Positions 38,959-48,175 of a stretch of 64,000 bases of DNA are shown here, one piece after another. The stretch spans positions 21,610 to 85,609 of the forward strand of contig JBDKEN010000001.1 of assembly GCA_039795225.1 (NCBI GenBank), read 5' to 3'. How positions within the stretch are numbered: position 1 is the first letter of the stretch; each line of letters opens with the position of its first letter. Position numbers and translations under genes: made by a program. The notes beneath the pieces are model-generated. The model did not search any database and had not been told where the DNA came from. It saw nothing but the letters and a program-made list of their open reading frames with translations. This DNA is from Bacteroidota bacterium. GTDB taxonomy: Bacteria; Bacteroidota; Ignavibacteria; Kapaibacteriales; Kapaibacteriaceae.

Positions 38959-40275
38959 TCACCAGACCAGTCGACCGCTCAATCGCAGCGCCTCGATGGC
39001 TGCAGCATAGGTTTCGAACTCCGATTGGGCCAGACGCGTGACGATTTCGACAAGAGATTGCTGCGACTGTCGCACGTCGAAATCATCGACAAGGCCCTGG
39101 CGATAGCCAACGAGCGTAATCTCCGCATTGCGCTCTGCTGCAAGCAACGTCTGGCGTTCGGTTTCGAGAATACGTCGACCGCTACGAACGCGCTCGAGAA
39201 TGCCTGCCAGCTGTGAGCGCATCTGAAGACGCAGATCCTCGATCTCGGCACGCCGGCGAAGGGTCTCGACCCGTGCGAGCTCTGATGCCTGCGCGTCGGC
39301 AGTTCCTCGAAAGATGTTGTAGCGAAATTGAAGTCCAGCACTCCAACCCGTAGTGCGGTTCTCAAGGATAAAGCCTGCCTCGGTCGAGTTATCTGTCAGC
39401 TGTAGGCCCCCTACCGCGTCGATCCGAGGCCAGAACGACGCGGCGATTTGCCGTTCTGCAGCAACAGCGGCTTGGATTTGTCGCTCGGCGGCAAGGATAT
39501 CGGGATTCCGCATCAACATGGCATCTTCGAGTTCAGAGGCCGATGCAAGCTCAGGCATCATCATGAGCGTATCGACCTGAAACGAGTCACGTGGATTCCG
39601 CGCAAGGAGGACGTTGAGTCCTGCGCGCGCGAGCACCAAAGCGGTGCTCAGTCGATCGAGCTGAACACGGATCGCGTTACGGTCAATCTCGGCCTGCGCA
39701 ACTGCTGTTGCCGAGGCCTGACCAATTTGCTGACGCTGACGTGCAAGCTCAAGTCGGCGTTCTGCAAGTGAGAGGGCCGCACGAGCACCATCAACCGCAC
39801 GACGTGCGGAAACAACACTCGCATAGCGCGTCATCACGTCAGCGATTACTCGCGCATAGGATCCACGCGCCCGCTCACGTTCGGCTTCGGCCAGCTGCGA
39901 CATTTGGTCGTCAACGGCCATCATCCGAAAGCCATCAAACAGCGTCCATTGCATTGTCGCATTCGCGTTAATGTTCGTAAAGCCTGCATCGTTGCGATCA
40001 ATAACAACTCCACTTGCCGTGCGCTGCGAGATATCATTCGAGCCACGTGTGCCGTTGGCAGCAACATCAAGTGTTGGCAAGTACACAGCCGTACCAAGTC
40101 GCTCCTGGGCAGAAGCAGATGCTGAATCGAATCGAGCGATCTGCAGTCGAAAGTTCTTTTGAAGCGCTTCCTGCACGGCATCAGCGAGAGATACGGTTTG
40201 CGCACGTAGCGCCATGCCCTGCGCTAAAATGACAACGAGAACACCGATGCGCCAGTATGTCGTCATGTTATCCAT
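38959..40275 (-). CDS. TolC-family outer membrane efflux protein
   Basis: Signal peptide, two-fold repeated helical/beta pattern. Last gene of the RND operon, overlapping the RND stop by 8 nt (alternative ATG at 40266). Confidence 0.8.
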   Translation of the reverse strand: MDNMTTYWRIGVLVVILAQGMALRAQTVSLADAVQEALQKNFRLQIARFDSASASAQERLGTAVYLPTLDVAANGTRGSNDISQRTASGVVIDRNDAGFTNINANATMQWTLFDGFRMMAVDDQMSQLAEAERERARGSYARVIADVMTRYASVVSARRAVDGARAALSLAERRLELARQRQQIGQASATAVAQAEIDRNAIRVQLDRLSTALVLARAGLNVLLARNPRDSFQVDTLMMMPELASASELEDAMLMRNPDILAAERQIQAAVAAERQIAASFWPRIDAVGGLQLTDNSTEAGFILENRTTGWSAGLQFRYNIFRGTADAQASELARVETLRRRAEIEDLRLQMRSQLAGILERVRSGRRILETERQTLLAAERNAEITLVGYRQGLVDDFDVRQSQQSLVEIVTRLAQSEFETYAAAIEALRLSGRLVW

Positions 40276-43200
40276 GCTGCACCGCCGTTGGAGATTTCAA
40301 TCGTGACAATACGACGTAGAGTGACGGTATGATATAGAGCGTAAGCAGTGTGGAGATAGCCATTCCGCCAACGACAACCACCCCCATCCCAACTCGACTC
40401 TCGGAGGCTGCGCCAAGTGACAAAGCGATTGGCAATGAACCGAGAATGGTCGCCAGCGATGTCATAAGAATAGGACGGAACCGCAGCGAGGCAGCATCAA
40501 GCGCTGCCTGAATACGATCTGCCCCTTGCTCGAATCGCTGATTCGCAAACTCGACGATCAGAATCCCATTCTTTGTCACCAATCCAATGAGAACGATACA
40601 TCCGATTTGTGAAAAGATGTTCAGCGTGTCACCCGAGATCCAGAGAGAAATCACCGCCCCTGAAAGTGCTAGCGGCACTGTGAGCATGATTGTCAGTGGA
40701 TCGATCCAACTTTCGAACTGTGCTGCGAGAATCAAGTAGACGAGGGCAAGCGCGAGTACAAATGCAAACAGCAGCGACGACGAACTCTCGGCAAAGTCAC
40801 GCGATGCCCCGGTGAGCGCGGTCGAAAAGCGATCGTCCAAGGTCTTTGAGGCTACTTCCTCCATCGCCTTGATACCGTCGGCAATGGTTGCTCCAGGAGC
40901 AAGTCCAGCACTAATGGTCGCGCTGACCGAGCGATTGTACCGATAGAGCTGCGGTGGAACGCTCCGCTCTTGCAGTGTCACAAGATCAACAAGCGGCACC
41001 ATGGCACCCGAGGCTGTCCGCACCGAAATGTCCAACACATCTTCTGGTGTTGCACGTGCAGAGCGCTCCAGTTCTCCGATCACCTGATACTGCTTACCGT
41101 CGCGGACGATATAGCCGTAGCGCTGGCCCGAGAAGCCTGATTGAATGACGGAAGCAATATCAGCCAGATTCACACCCAAGGCACGAGCCTTTGCACGATC
41201 AACCTCGATATCCACCTCAGGCTTGGTGAACTTCAGGTTGACATCCACCACACTAAAGACTGGGTTCTGTTGAGCCTGCTCGAGCACGTTTGGCAACGCC
41301 TCTCGGAGTGACTCGATGTTTGGCGCCATGATCACCACCTGAACGGGCAAGCCCGCACGCTGGCCGGTAGAAATCGTCTGCTCCTGGATGACCAGGGTAC
41401 GAACCTCGGTTGCATCGCGCAGAATCTTTGTCAGCATGGCAGCGATGGCCATTTGTGACCGCCTACGCTCCTCCGGATCTACCAGAATAAGCCTCGCAAA
41501 GCCAGCGTTACTGCCTCCAGAGAGGAAGAATGGTGACGTAACCGTAATGAGGAGTTTCTTCTCCGGAACAGCCGCCTGCACGCGCTGCTGAAGAGAGTCG
41601 ATGATGACATTCATTCGATCGTAGGTGGTGCCTTCGGGAGCCGTCAGATTCATCGTGATCACACTGCGGTCTTCAAGCGGCGCGAGTTCACTTTTGAGCA
41701 TTCCGCCAATACCGAGGAGGGCAACTATCGAGACAAGCATGGCGATGCCTGCTCGAAGGGGGCGACGCACTACAGCATCAACGGAACGGGAATAGGCTGT
41801 TGTCAGCCACACAAAGAATGGCTCGGTGACGCGCACGAGCCAGCCTTCGATGGAAGATCGACGTAGGATTGCCGTGCTCATCATCGGCGTCAGCGTCAGC
41901 GACACAACGGCAGATACAATCACCGAGGAGGCAACAACGAGTCCGAATTCACGGAACAACCGTCCAGTGATTCCCTGCAAGAAGATCACCGGAAGGAATA
42001 CCATCGCCAGCGTGACCGTTGTCGAAATGATCGCAAACGTGATCTCACTCGATCCGTTCTCACCGGCCGAACTCGGATCTTCACCCTCTTCGATACGCTT
42101 GTAGATGTTCTCCATCATCACAATGGCATCATCAACGACAAGCCCCGTGGCAAGAACGATTCCAAGCAACGTCAACAAGTTGATGGAAAATCCAGCCATC
42201 CAGAGGAAGAAGAAGGATGCTACGAGCGAGACCGGGATTGCCACGACAGGAATGATCGTAGCCCTCCATGTGCGGAGAAAGAGGAAGATGATCAGCACCA
42301 CCAGCAGAAAGGCGATCACGAGTGTTTCTTCAACCTCACGGATGGCACCACGGATGAATCGTGTATTATCAAAGGCCACCTTGAGCTCGATACCCTTTGG
42401 CGTCGATGCGAGCAATTGTTGATACCGACGATAGAACTCGTCGGCAATCTCGATCTGGTTTGCACCCGGCTGCGGCGATATCGCCAGAGCAACCATTGGC
42501 ACGCCATCACGCTTAAGAACCGTTCGCTCATTCTCCGCACCAAGATACACGCGGGCCACATCGCTCAACCGAATAACAGCCCCCTGCTCATCACGGAGGA
42601 TCAGATTGAGGAACTCCTCTGCGGTTGCCAGACGTCCGAGTGTTCGCAGTGAGAGTTCCATGGTCGACCCTTCAAGACGACCCGATGGGAGTTCGACATT
42701 CTCACGGGCGAGTACCGCACGCACATCCGTTGGCGTCAGCCCATAGGATACCAGCTTCTTGGGATCCATGATGATGCGCATGGCATACTTGCGCTCACCC
42801 CAGATCGTGATCGATCCTACTCCCGTGATCGTCTGGAGTCGCTCCTTGAGCACATTGGCCGCATAGGCACTGAGTTCCCCCAGAGAACGATCACGTCCCT
42901 GCACGGTCATGACGACCACATTACTGCTGTTGGATTCTGACTTAGCAACGACCGGTGGATCAACGTCGGCAGGGAGCTGTCGTTTTGCACGCTCAACCCG
43001 ATCACGAACGTCATTGGCGGCCTGCTCGAGGTCGCGCTCCAATTCGAACTCAACGGTGATCGTTGATCGACCATCGGCACTGGTTGAGGTCAGCGACCGA
43101 ATTCCGTCGATACCATTGATCGACTCTTCAAGGGGCTCTGTGATTTGTGATTCAACCACATCGGCATTGGCACCGGTGTAGGTGGTCGTGACCGAAATAT

Positions 43201-43330
43201 TCGGTGGATCGACATTGGGAAACTGGCGGATACCAAGAAATGAAGCTCCCACAAGCCCCATCACGACGAGTAGGATGCTAATGACGACTGCGGTAACAGG
43301 ACGCCGGATTGAAAACACGCTGATGTTCAT
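40268..43330 (-). CDS. RND efflux transporter permease (AcrB/HAE1-like)
   Basis: 1,020 aa. N-terminus FSIRRPVTAVVISILLVVMG, 12-TM AcrB layout, two large periplasmic loops. Confidence 0.9.
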   Translation of the reverse strand: MNISVFSIRRPVTAVVISILLVVMGLVGASFLGIRQFPNVDPPNISVTTTYTGANADVVESQITEPLEESINGIDGIRSLTSTSADGRSTITVEFELERDLEQAANDVRDRVERAKRQLPADVDPPVVAKSESNSSNVVVMTVQGRDRSLGELSAYAANVLKERLQTITGVGSITIWGERKYAMRIIMDPKKLVSYGLTPTDVRAVLARENVELPSGRLEGSTMELSLRTLGRLATAEEFLNLILRDEQGAVIRLSDVARVYLGAENERTVLKRDGVPMVALAISPQPGANQIEIADEFYRRYQQLLASTPKGIELKVAFDNTRFIRGAIREVEETLVIAFLLVVLIIFLFLRTWRATIIPVVAIPVSLVASFFFLWMAGFSINLLTLLGIVLATGLVVDDAIVMMENIYKRIEEGEDPSSAGENGSSEITFAIISTTVTLAMVFLPVIFLQGITGRLFREFGLVVASSVIVSAVVSLTLTPMMSTAILRRSSIEGWLVRVTEPFFVWLTTAYSRSVDAVVRRPLRAGIAMLVSIVALLGIGGMLKSELAPLEDRSVITMNLTAPEGTTYDRMNVIIDSLQQRVQAAVPEKKLLITVTSPFFLSGGSNAGFARLILVDPEERRRSQMAIAAMLTKILRDATEVRTLVIQEQTISTGQRAGLPVQVVIMAPNIESLREALPNVLEQAQQNPVFSVVDVNLKFTKPEVDIEVDRAKARALGVNLADIASVIQSGFSGQRYGYIVRDGKQYQVIGELERSARATPEDVLDISVRTASGAMVPLVDLVTLQERSVPPQLYRYNRSVSATISAGLAPGATIADGIKAMEEVASKTLDDRFSTALTGASRDFAESSSSLLFAFVLALALVYLILAAQFESWIDPLTIMLTVPLALSGAVISLWISGDTLNIFSQIGCIVLIGLVTKNGILIVEFANQRFEQGADRIQAALDAASLRFRPILMTSLATILGSLPIALSLGAASESRVGMGVVVVGGMAISTLLTLYIIPSLYVVLSRLKSPTAVQHG

Positions 43331-44406
43331 CGTAGGGTCGCCTTGACAGGTTTGCCAGCCTTGACGAACAGAATTCCCGAGGTGATGATGGTATCACCCG
43401 GCGCAACACCCGACAACACCTGCACGTGCGTCATCGTTCGGGCACCGGTCGACACGAGAACTGCTTCAGCACGGCCACCACGAACACGGTAGACGGTGGC
43501 ACCATTCATGTCCTGGACGATGGATTCAGCTGGCAGGAGAAGAGCATCGGTGATTGTTGATCGACGCAGCAAAACATCGGCAAACATCCCGGAGGAGAGA
43601 CCAGCTGCATTCGAGATCCGTGCACGCACTCGTTGCGTGCGAGTGCGCTCATCAAGCACCGGTTCAACAGCCGAGACCGTTGCGACGCGAGAGCTCGTAT
43701 CGGCACTGCGCAGACGCAGACGAAGTGGACTGCCAACACCAACTGTACCGATGTAGCGCTCGGGTACAGCCACATCAATGTTCAGTGCGCCGGCCGATGT
43801 GAGTGTCGTGATCGGTGTGGACGGGCTAACGATGGCGCCGACGCTGATTTGTCGCAATCCGATGATGCCACTGAAAGGGGCTCGCACTTCGGTCTTCGCA
43901 ATCTGAGCATCCAACTCAGCGATTTCGGCCGTCCGCATCGCCACCTGCGCAACTGCGGCCTCAAGTTCTTCCTGCGATACACCATCAACGGCCTTCATTG
44001 CGCGAAGACGCTCGGCACGTTTGGCATCGAGCTGACGCTGCTGCTCGAGTTTCGACCGACGCGCAACGAGATCATCATCAACGAGTTTGACCAGTAGCTG
44101 GCCTGCTCGAACTTGGACCCCTTCGCGGAAGCTGATCGACTTGACACGCCCGGTTATCTCCGTGCGGACATCGATCGATTCATCGGCGACAACTTGACCG
44201 GTCAGGGAAACCTCATCGGTAAACTCCTGCGGCGTGACCACCATCGCCTCAACAGCTGGGGGAAGTTTTCCACCGGGTGGACCTCCGGCCGGCGATGCGC
44301 CCGGGCCCCCGGAGGACGTCAAATCAGCTCCAGAGCGCCATCGAAGCACGCCTGCGACAGCAAGAACGACCAGTCCGACGACAAGGGCAATTTTGCGAGT
44401 ATTCAT
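43327..44406 (-). CDS. RND efflux periplasmic adaptor (membrane fusion protein)
   Basis: ATG at 44406 (MNTRKIALVVGLVVLAVAG). Lipoyl/coiled-coil/beta-barrel order. 4-nt overlap with the RND gene. Confidence 0.85.
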   Translation of the reverse strand: MNTRKIALVVGLVVLAVAGVLRWRSGADLTSSGGPGASPAGGPPGGKLPPAVEAMVVTPQEFTDEVSLTGQVVADESIDVRTEITGRVKSISFREGVQVRAGQLLVKLVDDDLVARRSKLEQQRQLDAKRAERLRAMKAVDGVSQEELEAAVAQVAMRTAEIAELDAQIAKTEVRAPFSGIIGLRQISVGAIVSPSTPITTLTSAGALNIDVAVPERYIGTVGVGSPLRLRLRSADTSSRVATVSAVEPVLDERTRTQRVRARISNAAGLSSGMFADVLLRRSTITDALLLPAESIVQDMNGATVYRVRGGRAEAVLVSTGARTMTHVQVLSGVAPGDTIITSGILFVKAGKPVKATLR

Positions 44407-44410
44407 TCTG

Positions 44411-44418
44411 CAAACTTC
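44411..44418 (-). promoter_or_regulatory. -7-like box GAAGTTTG, 4 nt before the ATG of the RND adaptor gene
   Basis: The minus strand reads GAAGTTTG CAGA ATG. Confidence 0.25.
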
Positions 44419-44507
44419 GGCAAATTTTCCCATGCTATTTTTGCGCCTGCTTCGTCTTGGTCTGCGCCCAAGGTTGATTCTTTCACCACGCTTCGAGGAT
44501 TAGCACG

Positions 44508-44843
44508 ATGCGAACATGTCTCCTGGTTATTGCCACCCTGCTCCTGCCACTTACGTTGCTTGCAGCGGAACAAAAAGTCACCCTGAAAGTTGCCGGCAAC
44601 TGCGGCTCCTGCAAAAAGCGAATCGTCAAGGCCGCTGAGTCGATCGACGGTGTGAGCGACGCTGCATGGGATAAGAAGACGAAGACCTTCACCGCTGTCT
44701 ATGACGACGCAAAAGCTACACCTGAAGCAATCAAGAAGGCTATCGCTGCCGCTGGATACGACGCAGAAGACGTCAAGGGCAACGATGAGGCCTACAGCAA
44801 GCTTCCAGACTGCTGCCGATATCGTGACGGATCACACGATTGA
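44508..44843 (+). CDS. Secreted heavy-metal-associated (HMA) domain protein
   Basis: Signal peptide, then VTLKVAGNCGSCKKRIVKAAESIDGV (CxxC ferredoxin-like HMA fold) and a C-terminal LPDCCRY cysteine pair. Divergent from the RND operon. Confidence 0.65.
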   Translation: MRTCLLVIATLLLPLTLLAAEQKVTLKVAGNCGSCKKRIVKAAESIDGVSDAAWDKKTKTFTAVYDDAKATPEAIKKAIAAAGYDAEDVKGNDEAYSKLPDCCRYRDGSHD

Positions 44844-44855
44844 AGACTGGGTATC

Positions 44856-44946
44856 CAACGACCAATTACAAATGACCAATGACAAAGTACAATTGGCCAA
44901 TGACGAATGACCAATGACGAATGACCAGTGACGAATGACCAATGAC
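44856..44946 (+). repeat. Heptamer array A7, 13 units
   Basis: CAACGAC CAATTAC AAATGAC CAATGAC AAAGTAC AATTGGC CAATGAC GAATGAC CAATGAC GAATGAC CAGTGAC GAATGAC CAATGAC. Starts 12 nt after the HMA gene stop. Confidence 0.95.
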
Positions 44947-44977
44947 GAGTGGAGTCTCGCATCGGCGGGAACGAAGA

Positions 44978-45012
44978 ACACCTCACACCTCACACCCCAA
45001 ACCTGAAACCTG
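44978..45012 (-). repeat. Heptamer array A7b, 5 units, C-rich on the plus strand (complement resembles A6)
   Basis: ACACCTC ACACCTC ACACCCC AAACCTG AAACCTG. The complement reads CAGGTTT CAGGTTT GGGGTGT GAGGTGT GAGGTGT. Ends 4 nt before the gcvP ATG. Confidence 0.85.
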
Positions 45013-45016
45013 TTCC

Positions 45017-47875
45017 ATGCATCGCGACATTTTTGAACATCGCCACCACGGACTTTCACAATCTGACATTCAGGCCATGCTGGCTGCTGTTGATGCATCG
45101 AGCATCGACCAGCTTGTTGAGCAGACCGTACCGTCGCAGATCCGGCTTGAGAAGCCCCTTGACCTGCCGTTGCCGCTGACGGAGATCGAGATGCTTGCCG
45201 AATTGAAGTCGATCGCAGCCACCAACTCGGTTGCTCGGTCCTACATCGGCATGGGGTATTATGACACGGTCACACCGCCTGTGATTCTCCGAAACCTCAT
45301 CGAGAATCCAGGATGGTACACGCAGTACACGCCCTACCAGGCAGAGATTGCGCAGGGCCGTTTGGAAAGCCTGTTGAACTTCCAGACGCTGGTGACAGAC
45401 CTGACCAAGATGGATATTGCCGGGGCTTCGCTACTCGACGAAGGCACGGCTGCAGCTGAAGCCATGCATATGACATTCGCTGCGCGCGGCGCGGCGGTGA
45501 AGTCGGCAAACACAATGTTCGTCGACGCAAATGTCTTCCCGCAAACCCTGGAGGTGATTCGCACTCGTGCAACACCATTGGGAATCAACGTTGTTGTCGG
45601 CGATTGGAAGAGCGTCGAGTTTGATGGTACAATTTTCGGTGCCTATGTCCAGTACCCAGCTGGCGACGGTTCTGTTGAAGACTACACGGCGTTCTGTGAG
45701 CGAGCTCATGCAGGGGGCGCGTTGGTAACAGTCGGTACGGACCTCATGGCCCTGACGCATCTCACACCACCGGGTGAGTTTGGTGCAGACGTCGCTGTCG
45801 GCACAGCGCAACGATTGGGCGTGCCATTGGGATATGGTGGACCGCATGCAGCCTTCTTGGCAACGCGTGAGGCATACAAGCGTATCATTCCGGGTCGCAT
45901 TATTGGCGTCAGCGTCGATGCTCAAGGGAATCTGGCTCTGCGCATGGCCCTGCAAACGCGTGAGCAACACATCCGTCGTGACAAGGCGACGTCGAACATT
46001 TGTACGGCGCAGGCGTTGCTGGCAAATGTCTCGGCGATGTATGCCGTGTATCACGGTCCTGATGGACTGCGTGGCATCGCCCATCGTATTCACACGCTCA
46101 CCTCAGCGCTGGCCTCGGGGCTCACATCCCTCGGGTATAGCACCTGTAACATTTCATGGTTTGACACGCTGTGCGTCTGTGCTGATCCAGCTGCTGTGCG
46201 CGCAGTCTTTGAGCCACGGCTTATCAATCTGCGCTACCGCACAGATTGTGCGTGCGTTGGTGTTTCGCTTGACGAGACGACAACGGTTCCCGATGTACAA
46301 GACATCCTTGATGCCTTTGCAGCCGTCAAGGGAGCTTCGGCACCTCATGTTGCCGATCTTCTGCACACGGCGACGAGCGGCCTCCCGGCCTCACTCGTGC
46401 GGACCTCGAGCTATCTCACACATCCGGTATTTAACAGTTATCACACCGAACACGAGATGCTACGCTACATGAAGCGTCTCGAGAACAAAGACCTGTCTCT
46501 CACGCATTCGATGATCTCCCTGGGCTCGTGCACCATGAAGCTCAACGCAACGGCGGAGATGATCCCAATCACCTGGCCTGAGTTCAATCGTATTCATCCA
46601 TTTGCGCCCCTCTCACAGACGCAGGGGTATCAGCGCATTTTCTCTGAGCTGAGCACATGGCTGAATGAAATCACAGGATTTGATGCATGCTCCCTGCAGC
46701 CGAATGCAGGTGCACAGGGCGAGTATGCTGGACTATTGGCAATCCGCGGATTCCATCATGCACGGGGCGAGCAGCACCGCAATGTGGTGCTTATCCCCTC
46801 GTCTGCCCATGGCACCAATCCAGCGTCGGCCGTCATGGCCGGCATGAAGGTTGTTGTCGTCAAGAGCGATGCTCATGGTCATGTCGACGTCGATGATCTG
46901 CGCGCACAGGCAGAAGCAAACTCGGCGAATCTTGCAGCGCTGATGGTAACATACCCGTCAACGCACGGCGTATTTGAGGAGGCCATCAAGGACATCTGCG
47001 CCATTGTGCATCAGCACGGTGGACGTGTTTACATGGACGGAGCAAACATGAATGCCCAGGTGGGCTTGACGTCACCACGCGCCATCGGCGCTGATGTATG
47101 CCACCTCAACCTCCACAAGACGTTCTGTATTCCACACGGAGGGGGCGGTCCAGGAATGGGTCCGATCTGCTGCACGGCAGAGCTCGCCCCGTACCTGCCA
47201 TCACATCCCGTCATCAACCCGATCGATGTCGAGCATGTCGGGCCGGTATCCGCTGCTCCTTGGGGCTCGGCATCCATTCTGCTCATCTCATGGGCATACA
47301 TCCGGATGATGGGCGGTGAAGGTCTGACGAATGCAACCAAGCGTGCTATTCTGAATGCGAACTACATCAAGAGTCGCATCGAACAGCATTATCCGATCCT
47401 CTATACCGGCACAAACGGACGCTGCGCCCACGAGATGATCGTGGACCTGCGCGAGTTCAAGCAGCGCGGTGGCATCGAAGCAGAAGATGTTGCAAAGCGC
47501 ATGATGGACTACGGATACCACGCGCCGACACTCAGCTTCCCTGTCCCAGGCACGATCATGATCGAGCCCACAGAGAGCGAGAGCAAGGCCGAACTGGACC
47601 GGTTCATCGAAATGCTCCTTTCCATTCGTACCGAAATTGAGAGTGTGTGCAGTGGCGCAATTGATGCCAAGGACAACCCGCTCAAGAATGCCCCGCACAC
47701 CATGTTCGTTGTCACTGCCGATACGTGGGAACACACGTACTCACGTCAGACTGCCGCATTCCCACTTCCATGGGTGCGTGATCGGAAGTTCTGGCCATCC
47801 ATCGGCCGGGTCGACAACGCTCATGGCGATCGCGTGCTCATTTGCACGTGTCCGTCGATCGAAGAATACGCGTGA
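45017..47875 (+). CDS. gcvP: Glycine dehydrogenase (decarboxylating), single-chain P protein
   Basis: ATG at 45017 ([12 protein letters not shown]) gives 952 aa. PLP-lysine block [18 protein letters not shown]. The upstream part of the listed ORF is repeat-array read-through. Confidence 0.95.
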   Translation: MHRDIFEHRHHGLSQSDIQAMLAAVDASSIDQLVEQTVPSQIRLEKPLDLPLPLTEIEMLAELKSIAATNSVARSYIGMGYYDTVTPPVILRNLIENPGWYTQYTPYQAEIAQGRLESLLNFQTLVTDLTKMDIAGASLLDEGTAAAEAMHMTFAARGAAVKSANTMFVDANVFPQTLEVIRTRATPLGINVVVGDWKSVEFDGTIFGAYVQYPAGDGSVEDYTAFCERAHAGGALVTVGTDLMALTHLTPPGEFGADVAVGTAQRLGVPLGYGGPHAAFLATREAYKRIIPGRIIGVSVDAQGNLALRMALQTREQHIRRDKATSNICTAQALLANVSAMYAVYHGPDGLRGIAHRIHTLTSALASGLTSLGYSTCNISWFDTLCVCADPAAVRAVFEPRLINLRYRTDCACVGVSLDETTTVPDVQDILDAFAAVKGASAPHVADLLHTATSGLPASLVRTSSYLTHPVFNSYHTEHEMLRYMKRLENKDLSLTHSMISLGSCTMKLNATAEMIPITWPEFNRIHPFAPLSQTQGYQRIFSELSTWLNEITGFDACSLQPNAGAQGEYAGLLAIRGFHHARGEQHRNVVLIPSSAHGTNPASAVMAGMKVVVVKSDAHGHVDVDDLRAQAEANSANLAALMVTYPSTHGVFEEAIKDICAIVHQHGGRVYMDGANMNAQVGLTSPRAIGADVCHLNLHKTFCIPHGGGGPGMGPICCTAELAPYLPSHPVINPIDVEHVGPVSAAPWGSASILLISWAYIRMMGGEGLTNATKRAILNANYIKSRIEQHYPILYTGTNGRCAHEMIVDLREFKQRGGIEAEDVAKRMMDYGYHAPTLSFPVPGTIMIEPTESESKAELDRFIEMLLSIRTEIESVCSGAIDAKDNPLKNAPHTMFVVTADTWEHTYSRQTAAFPLPWVRDRKFWPSIGRVDNAHGDRVLICTCPSIEEYA

Positions 47876-47878
47876 GTT

Positions 47879-47955
47879 TGGGTACTGGGTACGAAGTACA
47901 AATGACGAAGTACGAAGTACCAATGACGAAGTACGAAGTACCAATGACGAAGTAC
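47879..47955 (+). repeat. Heptamer array A8, 11 units, 21-bp super-period
   Basis: TGGGTAC TGGGTAC GAAGTAC AAATGAC (GAAGTAC GAAGTAC CAATGAC)x2 GAAGTAC. Starts 3 nt after the gcvP stop. Confidence 0.95.
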
Positions 47956-48068
47956 TTTGCTTGGGTTTGGTGTCCTGCCTTCGCGGGCATGGTTATGGCG
48001 TTCCAGGTTCAACCGTAATAGCGTAGTTCCCGAACTCTGTGGATCGCTACATACTTGCTCATGCAAGC

Positions 48069-48159
48069 GTACCTGGTCATAAGTAATTCGTCCTTGGTAA
48101 TTCGTCCTTGGTAATTCGTCCTTGGTAACTCGTCCTTGGTGATCCGTCATCGGTAATTC
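48069..48159 (-). repeat. Heptamer array A9, 13 units, 14-bp super-period
   Basis: GTACCTG GTCATAA (GTAATTC GTCCTTG)x3 GTAACTC GTCCTTG GTGATCC GTCATCG GTAATTC. Ends 16 nt before the hrpB ATG. Confidence 0.95.
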
Positions 48160-48175
48160 CATAACTCTGCAATCC

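Noticed and set aside
44844-45016. Glycine riboswitch upstream of gcvP.
   Set aside because: I could not find the conserved GGAGAG...CACCG...GGGGCAA-type cores. The region is almost entirely heptamer arrays. A covariance-model scan would be needed to be certain.
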